Positions 1 to 8,510 of a stretch of 44,087 bases of DNA are shown here, piece after piece. Location of the stretch: the sequence record SRR22947727_2929; one strand, given 5' to 3'. Both the position numbers and the translations under genes were made by a program. The stretch's first letter is position 1, and the number at the start of each line of letters is the position of its first letter. The notes below the pieces were generated by a model. The model searched no databases. It saw only the letters and a list, made by a program, of their open reading frames with translations, and had not been told where the DNA came from.

Positions 1-12
1 GTGGTGCCAACC

Positions 13-28
13 CTTCTCGGCCGCACCA
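13..28 (+). other. tRNA-Leu-like 3'-end remnant (CTTCTCGGCCGCACCA), possible att site
   Basis: Resembles the T-arm 3' side, acceptor stem and CCA end of alphaproteobacterial tRNA-Leu(GAG) as recalled. The bases upstream are not GTTCGAGT, so it is not an intact tRNA. A T-rich tract follows. Confidence 0.5.
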
Positions 29-171
29 TTTCTCTTTCTTTTTGATATTTTTGATCAATGCCAGCGCATCACCATGGGCGGTGCGCGTGGCGGTGCGACA
101 ATTCATCTTTTTGGATTTGGCCAAGCCAATCACCACGCAAAGCCAGCCGCCCAAAAAAAATCGTCAAATCC

Positions 172-657
172 CTAGTCGCGGAAATTTTCATATTGCAGCG
201 GCAGATCAATATCCAACGCTTTGATCATCGCCATTGTTGCCTGTAGATCATCACGTTTTTTGCCGGAAACACGAATTTCCTCGCCTTGAATCGCGGCTTG
301 TGTTTTCAGCTTGGCACCTTTGATGGCTTTGACAATTTTCTGCGCAACCTCGCGATGCACGCCTTGCCGCACTTGCACCGTCTGCCGAATGCTGTTACCG
401 CCAGCCTGTTCGGGCTTTTCAAATTCCAAGGCCTTGGTGTCCACCCCTTTGCGGGTAAGGTGGGTGACGATCAATTCCTCAACCTGACGGCGCTTTAGCT
501 CATCATCGGCCTTGATCAGAATGGCGTCTTCGGTTCGTGAGACTTCGCATTGGCTGCCCTTGAAATCATAGCGCACATCCATTTCCTTGGTGACGCCCGC
601 AAGCGCGTTATCAACTGCGGTTGTGTCAATCTTACTGACAATGTCAAAACTTGGCAT
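172..657 (-). CDS. yajQ: YajQ family nucleotide/c-di-GMP-binding protein
   Basis: N-terminus MPSFDIVS, RYDFKG, QGEEIRVSGKKRDDLQ and C-terminal NFRD. Start trimmed to ATG at 657. Confidence 0.95.
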   Translation of the reverse strand: MPSFDIVSKIDTTAVDNALAGVTKEMDVRYDFKGSQCEVSRTEDAILIKADDELKRRQVEELIVTHLTRKGVDTKALEFEKPEQAGGNSIRQTVQVRQGVHREVAQKIVKAIKGAKLKTQAAIQGEEIRVSGKKRDDLQATMAMIKALDIDLPLQYENFRD

Positions 658-722
658 TTTGCAAACCCTTTTTTGAGACAAATATTGCCCCAATCATATC
701 AAAAGTGGAAAAAAGGGCAATC

Positions 723-770
723 AAATGCCCCGTTGATCGAATGTGCCGTTGATCAAATGCCCCGTTGATC
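723..770. repeat. 3 x 16-bp tandem repeat (AAATGCCCCGTTGATC / GAATGTGCCGTTGATC / AAATGCCCCGTTGATC)
   Basis: Read directly from the sequence; intergenic between the aldo/keto reductase stop and yajQ. Confidence 0.9.
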
Positions 771-786
771 AAAATGCTATCTTTGC

Positions 787-1791
787 CTAGCAGTAACGCT
801 CGGGGCCAACCCATTGTGCATCGGCATAACGGTCGCCATGCGCCCAGCCAATTGGCAAAGCCGCCTCAATGCGATCCATATCATCAGGTGACAATGTTTT
901 CGCCGCGCCGTCACAATGTTCGCGAAGATGATCAACCGATCTTGTTCCTGGAATCGGCAAGATATGCGGCGCTTTATGCAGCAGCCATGCAATCGCAAGC
1001 GCCGCCGCGCTCATCCCCATTTCGGCGGCCAATGCGCGGAAACGCGCCCCAGCTTGGATATTGGCTGTCAGATTTGGTTCGACAAATCGCGGGTTTGATG
1101 TCAACCAGCCACTTGCCACCGCCGTGGCGCGCGAATGCGGCTTGTCGGTCAGCAATGACCGGCCCAATGGCGAAAAGGCCACTAATGAGACACCAAGTGC
1201 AGCCGTTGCCTGTACCAGCCCCATTTCGGGACTGCGAACCGATAGTGAATATTCGGATTGGACGGCGGCGATTTCGTGAATGGCGGCGGCCCGATACAGC
1301 GATGTTGGGGCAATTTCGGAAAACCCAAAACAGCCAATCTTGCCGGCCTTGACCATCGCCGCCAGCGTTTCGGTCACCTCTTCAATCGGTGTTTCACTAT
1401 CGCGGCGGTGAATATAGTAAAGATCGACATAATCTAGCCCCAGCCGCGCAAGTGAGGCGTCAAGTTCGGCCTGAAGATAGTTAGGACTATTGTCGAAATA
1501 ACGGCGTCCTGTTTCCTTATCAACGGCGATGCCAGCCTTGGTGGCAATGTGAAAAAGCTTGGTTTTTTGCGCGCCCTGTTTGGCCAGAAAGCGGCCAATT
1601 ACACTTTCGCTCAACCCGCCACCATAAACATTGGCGGTGTCGATGTGATTGACCCCGAGATCAAGCGCATTGGTCAAAACCGCATGTGATGCCGCTTCGG
1701 ATGTTGCGCCGTAAAAATCGGTAAAAGACATGGCACCAATGCCGATAGCGGATAATTTGGGGCCTGATTTGCCGAGCTGTCTTTGATGCAT
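787..1791 (-). CDS. Aldo/keto reductase
   Basis: IDTANVYG, ATK, DLYYIHR, GFSE, QSEYSL and PIPGT motifs. GGAG SD before ATG 1791. Confidence 0.93.
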   Translation of the reverse strand: MHQRQLGKSGPKLSAIGIGAMSFTDFYGATSEAASHAVLTNALDLGVNHIDTANVYGGGLSESVIGRFLAKQGAQKTKLFHIATKAGIAVDKETGRRYFDNSPNYLQAELDASLARLGLDYVDLYYIHRRDSETPIEEVTETLAAMVKAGKIGCFGFSEIAPTSLYRAAAIHEIAAVQSEYSLSVRSPEMGLVQATAALGVSLVAFSPLGRSLLTDKPHSRATAVASGWLTSNPRFVEPNLTANIQAGARFRALAAEMGMSAAALAIAWLLHKAPHILPIPGTRSVDHLREHCDGAAKTLSPDDMDRIEAALPIGWAHGDRYADAQWVGPERYC

Positions 1792-2082
1792 GAAATCTCC
1801 TGAAATAAGCTTGGGTGGCGGCGTGATCATGATCTGATTTGACGGCGGTATAGGTCGCCAATGGCGCTATCGTCTGCCGTTCCATGATAGAGGTTTCAGT
1901 ATTTCATGCCAGCAAACCCGCTTCAAGTGATAACTGCCATTAGATGATAACGGGGAAAGATTGATAGGCAAGTGTTGGTGAGGTGAACAGCCATTGTCAT
2001 GGCGGGCTTGTTGACTCACAGTGACAAGATGATTTTTTCGAAGTGGGAAATCACCAAATCGTCACGATAGAATGAGGTTGTT

Positions 2083-2751
2083 ATGAAAGACAGCATTACC
2101 CTTACAGCATCGGATGGACATTCGTTCGAGGCTTATCTTGCCACGCCCGCCGCAACGCCAAAGGCTGCGGTGGTTGTCATTCAGGAAATTTTTGGGGTGA
2201 ACACCCATATAAAAGAGGTTACTGACCGGATGGCGGCGGCTGGATATCTTGTCATTGCGCCCGCGCTGTTCGACCGGATTGCGCCCGATATCACGCTTGC
2301 CTATGACGGTGATGGTGTTGCCGAAGGGCGCGGCCTAAAAGACCAGGCAGATACAAATAGCGAATTTGACGTCAAGGCGGCGATTGACCATGTGGCATCT
2401 GCTGGGGCGGTTGGTGCTGTTGGCTTTTGCTGGGGTGGGTCACTTGCATGGCGCATGGCCTGTGACAAAACAAGCGGCCTTGCTGCGGCGATTAGCTATT
2501 ATGGCGGTGAATTGCCATCGCTTGCAGGGCGTGATGCGGCCTGTCCGGTCATGGCGCATTTTGGCATTCATGACGCGTCAATTCCCGAAGCGGGCGCGCG
2601 CAGCTTTGCCGCGGCGCAGCCTTTGGTTGAAACGCATTTTTATGATGCTGGACACGGTTTTAACTGCGATCATCGTGGCCAGTATGATGCAGATGCAGCA
2701 GCTCTGGCTTGGGGGCGGAGCATGGCGTTTTTAGAAACGTATTTGGCCTGA
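2083..2751 (+). CDS. Dienelactone hydrolase family protein
   Basis: QEIFGVN, nucleophile motif GFCWGG, AGHGFNCD. GAGG SD. Confidence 0.93.
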   Translation: MKDSITLTASDGHSFEAYLATPAATPKAAVVVIQEIFGVNTHIKEVTDRMAAAGYLVIAPALFDRIAPDITLAYDGDGVAEGRGLKDQADTNSEFDVKAAIDHVASAGAVGAVGFCWGGSLAWRMACDKTSGLAAAISYYGGELPSLAGRDAACPVMAHFGIHDASIPEAGARSFAAAQPLVETHFYDAGHGFNCDHRGQYDADAAALAWGRSMAFLETYLA

Positions 2752-2861
2752 TAATGGCAAGGGATGAAACGCCGGCTATCAAGGACTAGCAATTTGATCA
2801 GCCCCTTGCAAAAGCGGTGATTACTTGTCAGGTTTGAATGGTGAATTTAACGGAGATGGTG

Positions 2862-3305
2862 ATGACGATTTTAAAAAGAATCTCAATGATGATCGGCCTG
2901 TTGCTATTGACGGCAACGATGGCATTTGCCGATGCCAAAACGCATAGAATTGCGTTTCATGTTGATGAGAGTGATCCAAAAGTCATGAATATGGCACTGA
3001 ACAATGTGCAGAATGTCTCAAATTACTATGCTGGCAAGGGTGAAAAAGTCATCATTGAGCTTGTTGCCTATGGGCCCGGGCTGAATATGTTTGTCAAAGG
3101 CAAAAGCCCGGTTGAAGACCGGATTTCGGTCATGTCGATGTCGATTGATGATCTGAAATTTTCAGCATGCGGCAATACGCATCGTAAGATGAGCGAAAAG
3201 GCGGGCAAGGATGTTGCGCTGATTGACGGAGTTGGCATGGCGCCATCGGGAGTTGTGCGGTTGGTCGAATTGCAGGAACAGGGCTATGCCTATGTCCGGC
3301 CATAA
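2862..3305 (+). CDS. Exported DsrE/DsrF-like protein
   Basis: Signal peptide ending TMAFA; IELVAYGPGL, FSACGNT, PSGVVRLVELQEQGYAYVRP. Start chosen 6 nt after GGAG. Confidence 0.8.
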   Translation: MTILKRISMMIGLLLLTATMAFADAKTHRIAFHVDESDPKVMNMALNNVQNVSNYYAGKGEKVIIELVAYGPGLNMFVKGKSPVEDRISVMSMSIDDLKFSACGNTHRKMSEKAGKDVALIDGVGMAPSGVVRLVELQEQGYAYVRP

Positions 3306-3324
3306 TCTGTAGGGCTGATCTTAA

Positions 3325-3780
3325 ATGACTGAACAAAATACAAGGCCTCGCCCCAAAGGGCGCGAGGCCTATCGCCATTTCACCGCCTTTGCCACGCGCT
3401 GGCGTGACAATGATCAATATGGGCATATGAATAATGCTGTCTATTACGAATTATTTGACTCGGCGGTCAATAAATTCCTGATTGATTCAGGTATCTTGGC
3501 GCTTGCCGGAGATAAAACCCAGTTTCTGGTGGCGTCATCGGGCTGCGATTATTTTACCGATGTGGCCTATCCAAGTGATGTTGATGTCGGGCTTGCGGTG
3601 CGCCGCATTGGCAAAAGCTCGGTTACTTATGATGTTGGCCTGTTTCTGGCCGATTCTGATATCACCGCGGCAACGGGTGTTTTTGTGCATGTGAATGTCG
3701 CCACTGATGACCAGCGTCCGCTGGCGATTGACGCGGCCACCCGCGCAAAATGTGCCGCCTTGATGATTGACGGTGAATAG
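3325..3780 (+). CDS. Acyl-CoA thioesterase (4HBT/hot-dog fold)
   Basis: RWRDNDQYGHMNNAVYY and IGKSSVTY motifs. Confidence 0.9.
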   Translation: MTEQNTRPRPKGREAYRHFTAFATRWRDNDQYGHMNNAVYYELFDSAVNKFLIDSGILALAGDKTQFLVASSGCDYFTDVAYPSDVDVGLAVRRIGKSSVTYDVGLFLADSDITAATGVFVHVNVATDDQRPLAIDAATRAKCAALMIDGE

Positions 3781-3835
3781 GGCAAGCCGCGCAAACGGTT
3801 GGCTCAAAGGCGGTTGTTTACGGTCAGATCAATGG

Positions 3836-4129
3836 CTATTCCAAACCTTCGATAATCCGGATTTCGCGAACAGCCCCCTCACCAAGCGCCTCGAGTGCTG
3901 CGCCATAACCTTGGCTATCATGCGCTTTAATGGCGGCGTCAAGACTTGGAAAAACGCTTAGAACGGTGCGTTCGGCAATGCCTGCCTCATAAACCGCTTG
4001 GGCAACGCCGCGCGCCAGATATTGCCCGCCGCAGGCTTCAACCGCTGGTCCTGCCAGCTTGGCATAGGCTTCGACTTTGCTGATGTCCGAGATGCTGTGA
4101 TAGGTTGTGATCCAATAGGCCTTTGGCAT
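3836..4129 (-). CDS. DUF1330 domain protein (copy 2)
   Basis: KAYW, GGxYLARG, RTVLxxFPSLDAA, REIRIIEG. GGAG SD. Confidence 0.88.
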   Translation of the reverse strand: MPKAYWITTYHSISDISKVEAYAKLAGPAVEACGGQYLARGVAQAVYEAGIAERTVLSVFPSLDAAIKAHDSQGYGAALEALGEGAVREIRIIEGLE

Positions 4130-4163
4130 TTGACGCTCCTGTTAACGCTAAAATTCTAATCAA

Positions 4164-5036
4164 TTAGGCGGGGACCTCTCCAATGACCGTGCAACGTTCC
4201 ATATAGCGTGGTTCATCATCGGGATAATCCATGACGGCAAAATGCATCAAGGAACGATTATCCCAAATCAGCAGATCACCCTCATTCCACCGGTGCCGGT
4301 ATAGAAATTGTGGCTGGACTGAATGTTGATATAGAAAATCAAGAATGGCCTGACTTTCAGCCGCATCAAGCCCGTCAATATGCGAGGTAAAACCCGGATT
4401 CACAAACAGGCTTTTGCTGTTATTTTCAGGCTTGTTGCGAACCAAAGGGTGGCGTGCGCGATTGGCACCATCCATATCATTTTCGACAATGACCGGCTTG
4501 GCATATTGGGTGCGGGCTGCCACTTCAAAATCATGCCATGCGTAAAGCGGATCAAGGATTGCCTTCATGCCGTCACTCAAAGCGTCATAGGCAGCAGCCT
4601 GATCGGCAAAGATTGTGTCACCCCCCACTGGCGGGATGGTTTTGGCATGAAGTAAAGATGCCTGAGCCGGGCGGTCACGAAATGACACATCCGAATGCCA
4701 ATAGGTGCCAGCCCCTTTTCGTCCTTTGGGTTTGCCATCTGTACTCACCTGATTTGATACACGGTAAATTTCCGGATGATCGGGATGGATATAGCGGCTA
4801 ACCGTGTCTTGCAGCGGGCTTTCATTTGGATCGCCGAATAAGGGGCCGAAATGCCGCGACAAGGCAATATGCTGCTCGCTTGATAGGGTTTGATCATGGA
4901 TCACCATCAGGCCGCCAGCGTCAACCCACGCCGCAACCAGATCTTGTGCCAGATTGTCACTAAAGCCCGAAGCCAGATCAAGGCCAAATATCTCGGCACC
5001 AAAGCCTTGCGTTAACGGCCTGATTTCATAATCCAT
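4164..5036 (-). CDS. TauD/TfdA family Fe(II)/2-oxoglutarate dioxygenase
   Basis: WHSD (HxD), GGDTIFAD, HPLVR, WDNRSLMH and C-terminal R. Substrate unknown. Confidence 0.92.
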   Translation of the reverse strand: MDYEIRPLTQGFGAEIFGLDLASGFSDNLAQDLVAAWVDAGGLMVIHDQTLSSEQHIALSRHFGPLFGDPNESPLQDTVSRYIHPDHPEIYRVSNQVSTDGKPKGRKGAGTYWHSDVSFRDRPAQASLLHAKTIPPVGGDTIFADQAAAYDALSDGMKAILDPLYAWHDFEVAARTQYAKPVIVENDMDGANRARHPLVRNKPENNSKSLFVNPGFTSHIDGLDAAESQAILDFLYQHSVQPQFLYRHRWNEGDLLIWDNRSLMHFAVMDYPDDEPRYMERCTVIGEVPA

Positions 5037-5090
5037 AATAGATACCCCATTTACAAAAAGGCCGCTGATACGGCGGTTTAATTGACGGTT

Positions 5091-5384
5091 TTATTCGGCA
5101 GCTTCGACAATGCGAATTTCGCGGATTGCACCGCCATCAAGCGCATCAAGTGCCGCGCCATAGGCAGCGCCATCATGCGTGCTGATTGCCGCGTCAAGCG
5201 AGTCAAATTCGATCAAGACCGTGCGTTCAAGAATGCCAGCCTCATAGACTTTTGCCGGTGTGCCACGAGCCAGAAACCGGCCACCACCAGCCGAAATAGC
5301 AGGCCCAGCCAAGGCCGCATAGGCGGCTAGTTTTGTGTCATCAATGACTTTTTGATAAGTGCTAATCCAATAAGCTTTGCGCAT
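5091..5384 (-). CDS. DUF1330 domain protein (copy 1)
   Basis: 61/97 identical (hand alignment, no gaps) to the 3836-4129 protein. Confidence 0.88.
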   Translation of the reverse strand: MRKAYWISTYQKVIDDTKLAAYAALAGPAISAGGGRFLARGTPAKVYEAGILERTVLIEFDSLDAAISTHDGAAYGAALDALDGGAIREIRIVEAAE

Positions 5385-5690
5385 TTTACATTCCGTTTTG
5401 CCCGCAGTTATTTAAAAGCCAAACTCTTGGTTTTGCGGGATCGAAACCAGATCTGGATTAAGAAAGAACATCCCTGTTACGAAGATGTTCGGTGAAGATG
5501 TGAAAAGTCTGGCAGGCGATTTGGCGAATTACAACTGGAAAATATTTGCCTGTTCTGTCGTTTTTGATAACATATTTACCAACGGCCGGTGTGATTGGGC
5601 GCGTCTTTTGCGCGCGCCGGTCGTGCCAAGCTACAGGCTAGTGCCACGATTGTTGATTTCATTTCGATTTGAGGAAAGCAAAACTAAAAA

Positions 5691-6596
5691 ATGCCATCCG
5701 ATCCCCAATCAGACCAGATTGTTCCTCATGTTGAAGGTTTTTTTCACGCGGCAAGCAACACCATCAGCTATGTGGTAAGAGACCCGCAAAGCAATGCCTG
5801 TGCGATCATTGACAGTGTTCTTGACCTTGATTACGCCGCTGGCAAGATTGCCTATACGCATGCTGATATGATCATTGATTATGTTGAAAAACATCAACTA
5901 TCGGTTGAATGGCTTATCGAAACGCATGTTCATGCTGACCATTTGTCGGCTGCCCCCTATATCCAGCAGGAACGCGGCGGTAAAATCGGCATTGCCCAAC
6001 AGATCGTCGAGGTGCAGGAAGTCTTTGGCAAAATGTTCAATGCTGGTACCGAATTTCAGCGTGATGGCAGCCAGTTTGATGTTTTGTTCCAAGATAGAAG
6101 TCGCTATTTGATTGGCGGAATGCCAGCCTATGTGATGCATACCCCCGGCCACACCCCTGCTTGTATGACGCATGTAATTGGCGATGCCATTTTCGTTGGT
6201 GATACGCTGTTCATGCCTGATGGCGGCACTGCACGCGCCGATTTCCCGGGTGGTGATGCCGCCCAGCTATATCAATCTATCCAGAAGATTCTGACACTTG
6301 ATGACGCAATGCGAATCTTTGTCTGCCATGATTATGGCCCTGACGGGCGGTCTATTGCGTGGCAAACAACGGTTGCTGAAGAACGCGCCAAAAATATTCA
6401 TATTGGCAAAGGCGCAAGCGAGGCCGATTTCGTGGCGATGCGGTTGAAACGTGATGCCACGCTTGCCATGCCAGCCTTGATCATGCCGTCAATTCAGGTG
6501 AATATGCGGGCAGGCCATATGCCCGCTGCCGAGCCGGATGGCGATGTCTATCTAAAGGTTCCTATTTCGGGATTAAAATCCAAAAAATCTTCCTAA
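5691..6596 (+). CDS. Persulfide (sulfur) dioxygenase, MBL fold, Blh/ETHE1 type
   Basis: ETHVHADHLSAAP, TPGHTPAC, GDTLFMPDGGTARADFPGG, CHDY, PSIQVNMRAG. Confidence 0.9.
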   Translation: MPSDPQSDQIVPHVEGFFHAASNTISYVVRDPQSNACAIIDSVLDLDYAAGKIAYTHADMIIDYVEKHQLSVEWLIETHVHADHLSAAPYIQQERGGKIGIAQQIVEVQEVFGKMFNAGTEFQRDGSQFDVLFQDRSRYLIGGMPAYVMHTPGHTPACMTHVIGDAIFVGDTLFMPDGGTARADFPGGDAAQLYQSIQKILTLDDAMRIFVCHDYGPDGRSIAWQTTVAEERAKNIHIGKGASEADFVAMRLKRDATLAMPALIMPSIQVNMRAGHMPAAEPDGDVYLKVPISGLKSKKSS

Positions 6597-6680
6597 TTTT
6601 ACTGGCTTTGGCGCGATTGGCTGGCTAAGTTCGCCCGACCGTGATTCATTCAAAAGATTATTGTTACCAAAGGAAAACCG

Positions 6681-7112
6681 ATGACGATTGCATGGGCAAG
6701 CTTTACTCCGATGAGTGCCTTTCTTGGCGGCTGTTTAATCGGGCTGGCAGCATTGCTGCTGATGATGTTTCAAGGCCGCATTATGGGCGTTAGTGGCATT
6801 ATTGGTGGATTGTTCGGAACCGCATCATCGGCCGAGCGCGGCTGGCGGCTGGCATTTTTGCTAGGGGCGGTGGCTGGCCCGATTATCTGGCAGGTTATTA
6901 CCAAGGCACCCATCATCTGGCAGGCTGTTGCCAGCGGGCCACAATTCTATATCGCGGCCTTTTCGGTTGGGCTTGGCACGGCGATCGGGTCGGGCTGTAC
7001 ATCGGGTCACGGCATTTGCGGCCTTGCCCGATTTTCGCCACGGTCATTGATTGCGGTGATGGTCTTTATGACAAGCGCGGTGGCGACTGTTGCCATCGTC
7101 AATCATTTTTAG
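6681..7112 (+). CDS. YeeE/YedE family (PmpA-like) sulfur-compound transport protein
   Basis: GGCLIG, GRIMGVSG, GSGCTSGHGICG, RFSPRS; hydrophobic. Confidence 0.9.
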   Translation: MTIAWASFTPMSAFLGGCLIGLAALLLMMFQGRIMGVSGIIGGLFGTASSAERGWRLAFLLGAVAGPIIWQVITKAPIIWQAVASGPQFYIAAFSVGLGTAIGSGCTSGHGICGLARFSPRSLIAVMVFMTSAVATVAIVNHF

Positions 7113-7136
7113 CGGCGGGGACAGATCATAACACGT

Positions 7137-7547
7137 TTGATAACAGCTTTGATTATCGGTTCGATTTTTGGTGCCGGCCTTGCCATTGCTGGCATGTTGA
7201 ACCCCAGTAAAGTCGTTGGGTTTCTTGATGTTTTTGGGGATTGGGATCCATCATTGGCGTTTGTAATGGGCGGCGGTGTTCTGGTGAATGCCATTGGCCA
7301 CCGCTTTGTGATGAAACGCAAAGCGCCAATCCAATGCGCCACATTTTCAATGCCGACCTCAACCAATATTGACAAGCCACTGGTGATTGGCAGTGTGATT
7401 TTTGGGGTTGGTTGGGGGCTTGCCGGTCTGTGTCCGGGGCCGGTGGTGGCAAGCCTGTTTCTGAATGGCCAAGCGATGCTGCCGTTTTTTGGTCTTTTGA
7501 TTGCCGGTCTTCTGGTTGGCCGAATTGTGATGCGCCGTCTGGTCTAG
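7137..7547 (+). CDS. YeeE/YedE family (PmpB-like) protein
   Basis: FGAGLAIAGMLNPSKVVGFLD, WDPSL, FGVGWGLAGLCPGP. Start uncertain (TTG 7137 or ATA 7128). Confidence 0.88.
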   Translation: MITALIIGSIFGAGLAIAGMLNPSKVVGFLDVFGDWDPSLAFVMGGGVLVNAIGHRFVMKRKAPIQCATFSMPTSTNIDKPLVIGSVIFGVGWGLAGLCPGPVVASLFLNGQAMLPFFGLLIAGLLVGRIVMRRLV

Positions 7548-7591
7548 TCTGATAGCCATATAAGGGCGCTAACCTTGTTGAAGGACGGATA

Positions 7592-8494
7592 ATGGATATC
7601 GATTTTGACGCCCCGCTTGATTATTTACCGCGGATCAAAAGCTATTATGTCGGCCTTGGCTATGGCAAACCCTATGAATGGGCCAAGCTTGATAATGTAC
7701 CGTTTGCCAATTTGCAAAAACCACTTTCGGCGGCGCGCATTGGCATTGTCACAACAGCGTCGCTTTTCAACCCGGACAATGGTGATCAGGGGCCGGGTGC
7801 GCCCTATAATGGCAAGGCCAAATTTTTCACCAGCTATGCCGAACCAATTGCCCCCTTTCCCGATGTAAGAGTGGCGCATATTGCCATTGATCGGGCGCAT
7901 ACAACGGCAAGCGATATGGCAAGCTATTTCCCGCTTGCTGCATTATTGCGGCTTGCCGATGCTGGATATATCGGGTCGGTATCACCTAATTTCTATGGGT
8001 TGCCAACCAATCGTTCGCAGCGTGTCACCACACAAACCGATTGCCCAAAACTGTTATCCTTATGTCAGGCTAATGCGGTCGATGCGGTTATTATGGTGCC
8101 AAATTGCCCTGTATGCCATCAATCAATGGCTTTGGCGGCGGCACATCTTGAAGCGGCTGGTATTGCAACGGTGATCATGGGCTGTGCGCGCGACATCATT
8201 GCCTATGTTGGGGCACCGCGCCTTTTGTTTAATGATTTACCGCTGGGCAATGGTGCGGGTCTACCGCATGACCAGCCTTCGCAGGATCTTGCCGCGAAAT
8301 TGGCGGTTGATTTGCTGGTTGATGCAACCGCGCCGCGAACGATCAAGCAATCACCGCTACAATGGGCGGGGGCGGCCGACTGGAAAAAGGATTATTCCAA
8401 TATTGCGCTTTTATCAGAGGCTGAAATTGCCCGTTTGCGTGCCGAATTTGACGCTGTCAAACAAGATGGTGCAAAATTGAAACAGGCGCTTTAA
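7592..8494 (+). CDS. Glycine/betaine/proline reductase selenoprotein B (GrdB/PrdB)-like protein, Cys form
   Basis: LSAARIGIVTTA, YFPL, VDAVIMVPNCPVCHQS, LEAAGIATV, PRLLFNDLPLG. AAGGA SD. Confidence 0.8.
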   Translation: MDIDFDAPLDYLPRIKSYYVGLGYGKPYEWAKLDNVPFANLQKPLSAARIGIVTTASLFNPDNGDQGPGAPYNGKAKFFTSYAEPIAPFPDVRVAHIAIDRAHTTASDMASYFPLAALLRLADAGYIGSVSPNFYGLPTNRSQRVTTQTDCPKLLSLCQANAVDAVIMVPNCPVCHQSMALAAAHLEAAGIATVIMGCARDIIAYVGAPRLLFNDLPLGNGAGLPHDQPSQDLAAKLAVDLLVDATAPRTIKQSPLQWAGAADWKKDYSNIALLSEAEIARLRAEFDAVKQDGAKLKQAL

Positions 8495-8510
8495 TCCAAA
8501 GAGGTGGTGG

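Noticed and set aside
1-29. Intact tRNA at the window start
   Set aside because: The T-loop GTTCRA is absent; only the last ~16 nt match.
723-770. Tandem arrays (also 34426-34473) as CRISPR
   Set aside because: No spacers, 16-bp units and no cas genes.
765-1352. Long antisense or alternate-frame ORFs (also 11067-11606, 18064-18594, 23632-24132 and others)
   Set aside because: Shadows of well-supported genes, with no recognisable motifs.
7592-8494. Selenocysteine recoding in the GrdB-like gene
   Set aside because: Both motif positions are TGC (Cys); no in-frame TGA.
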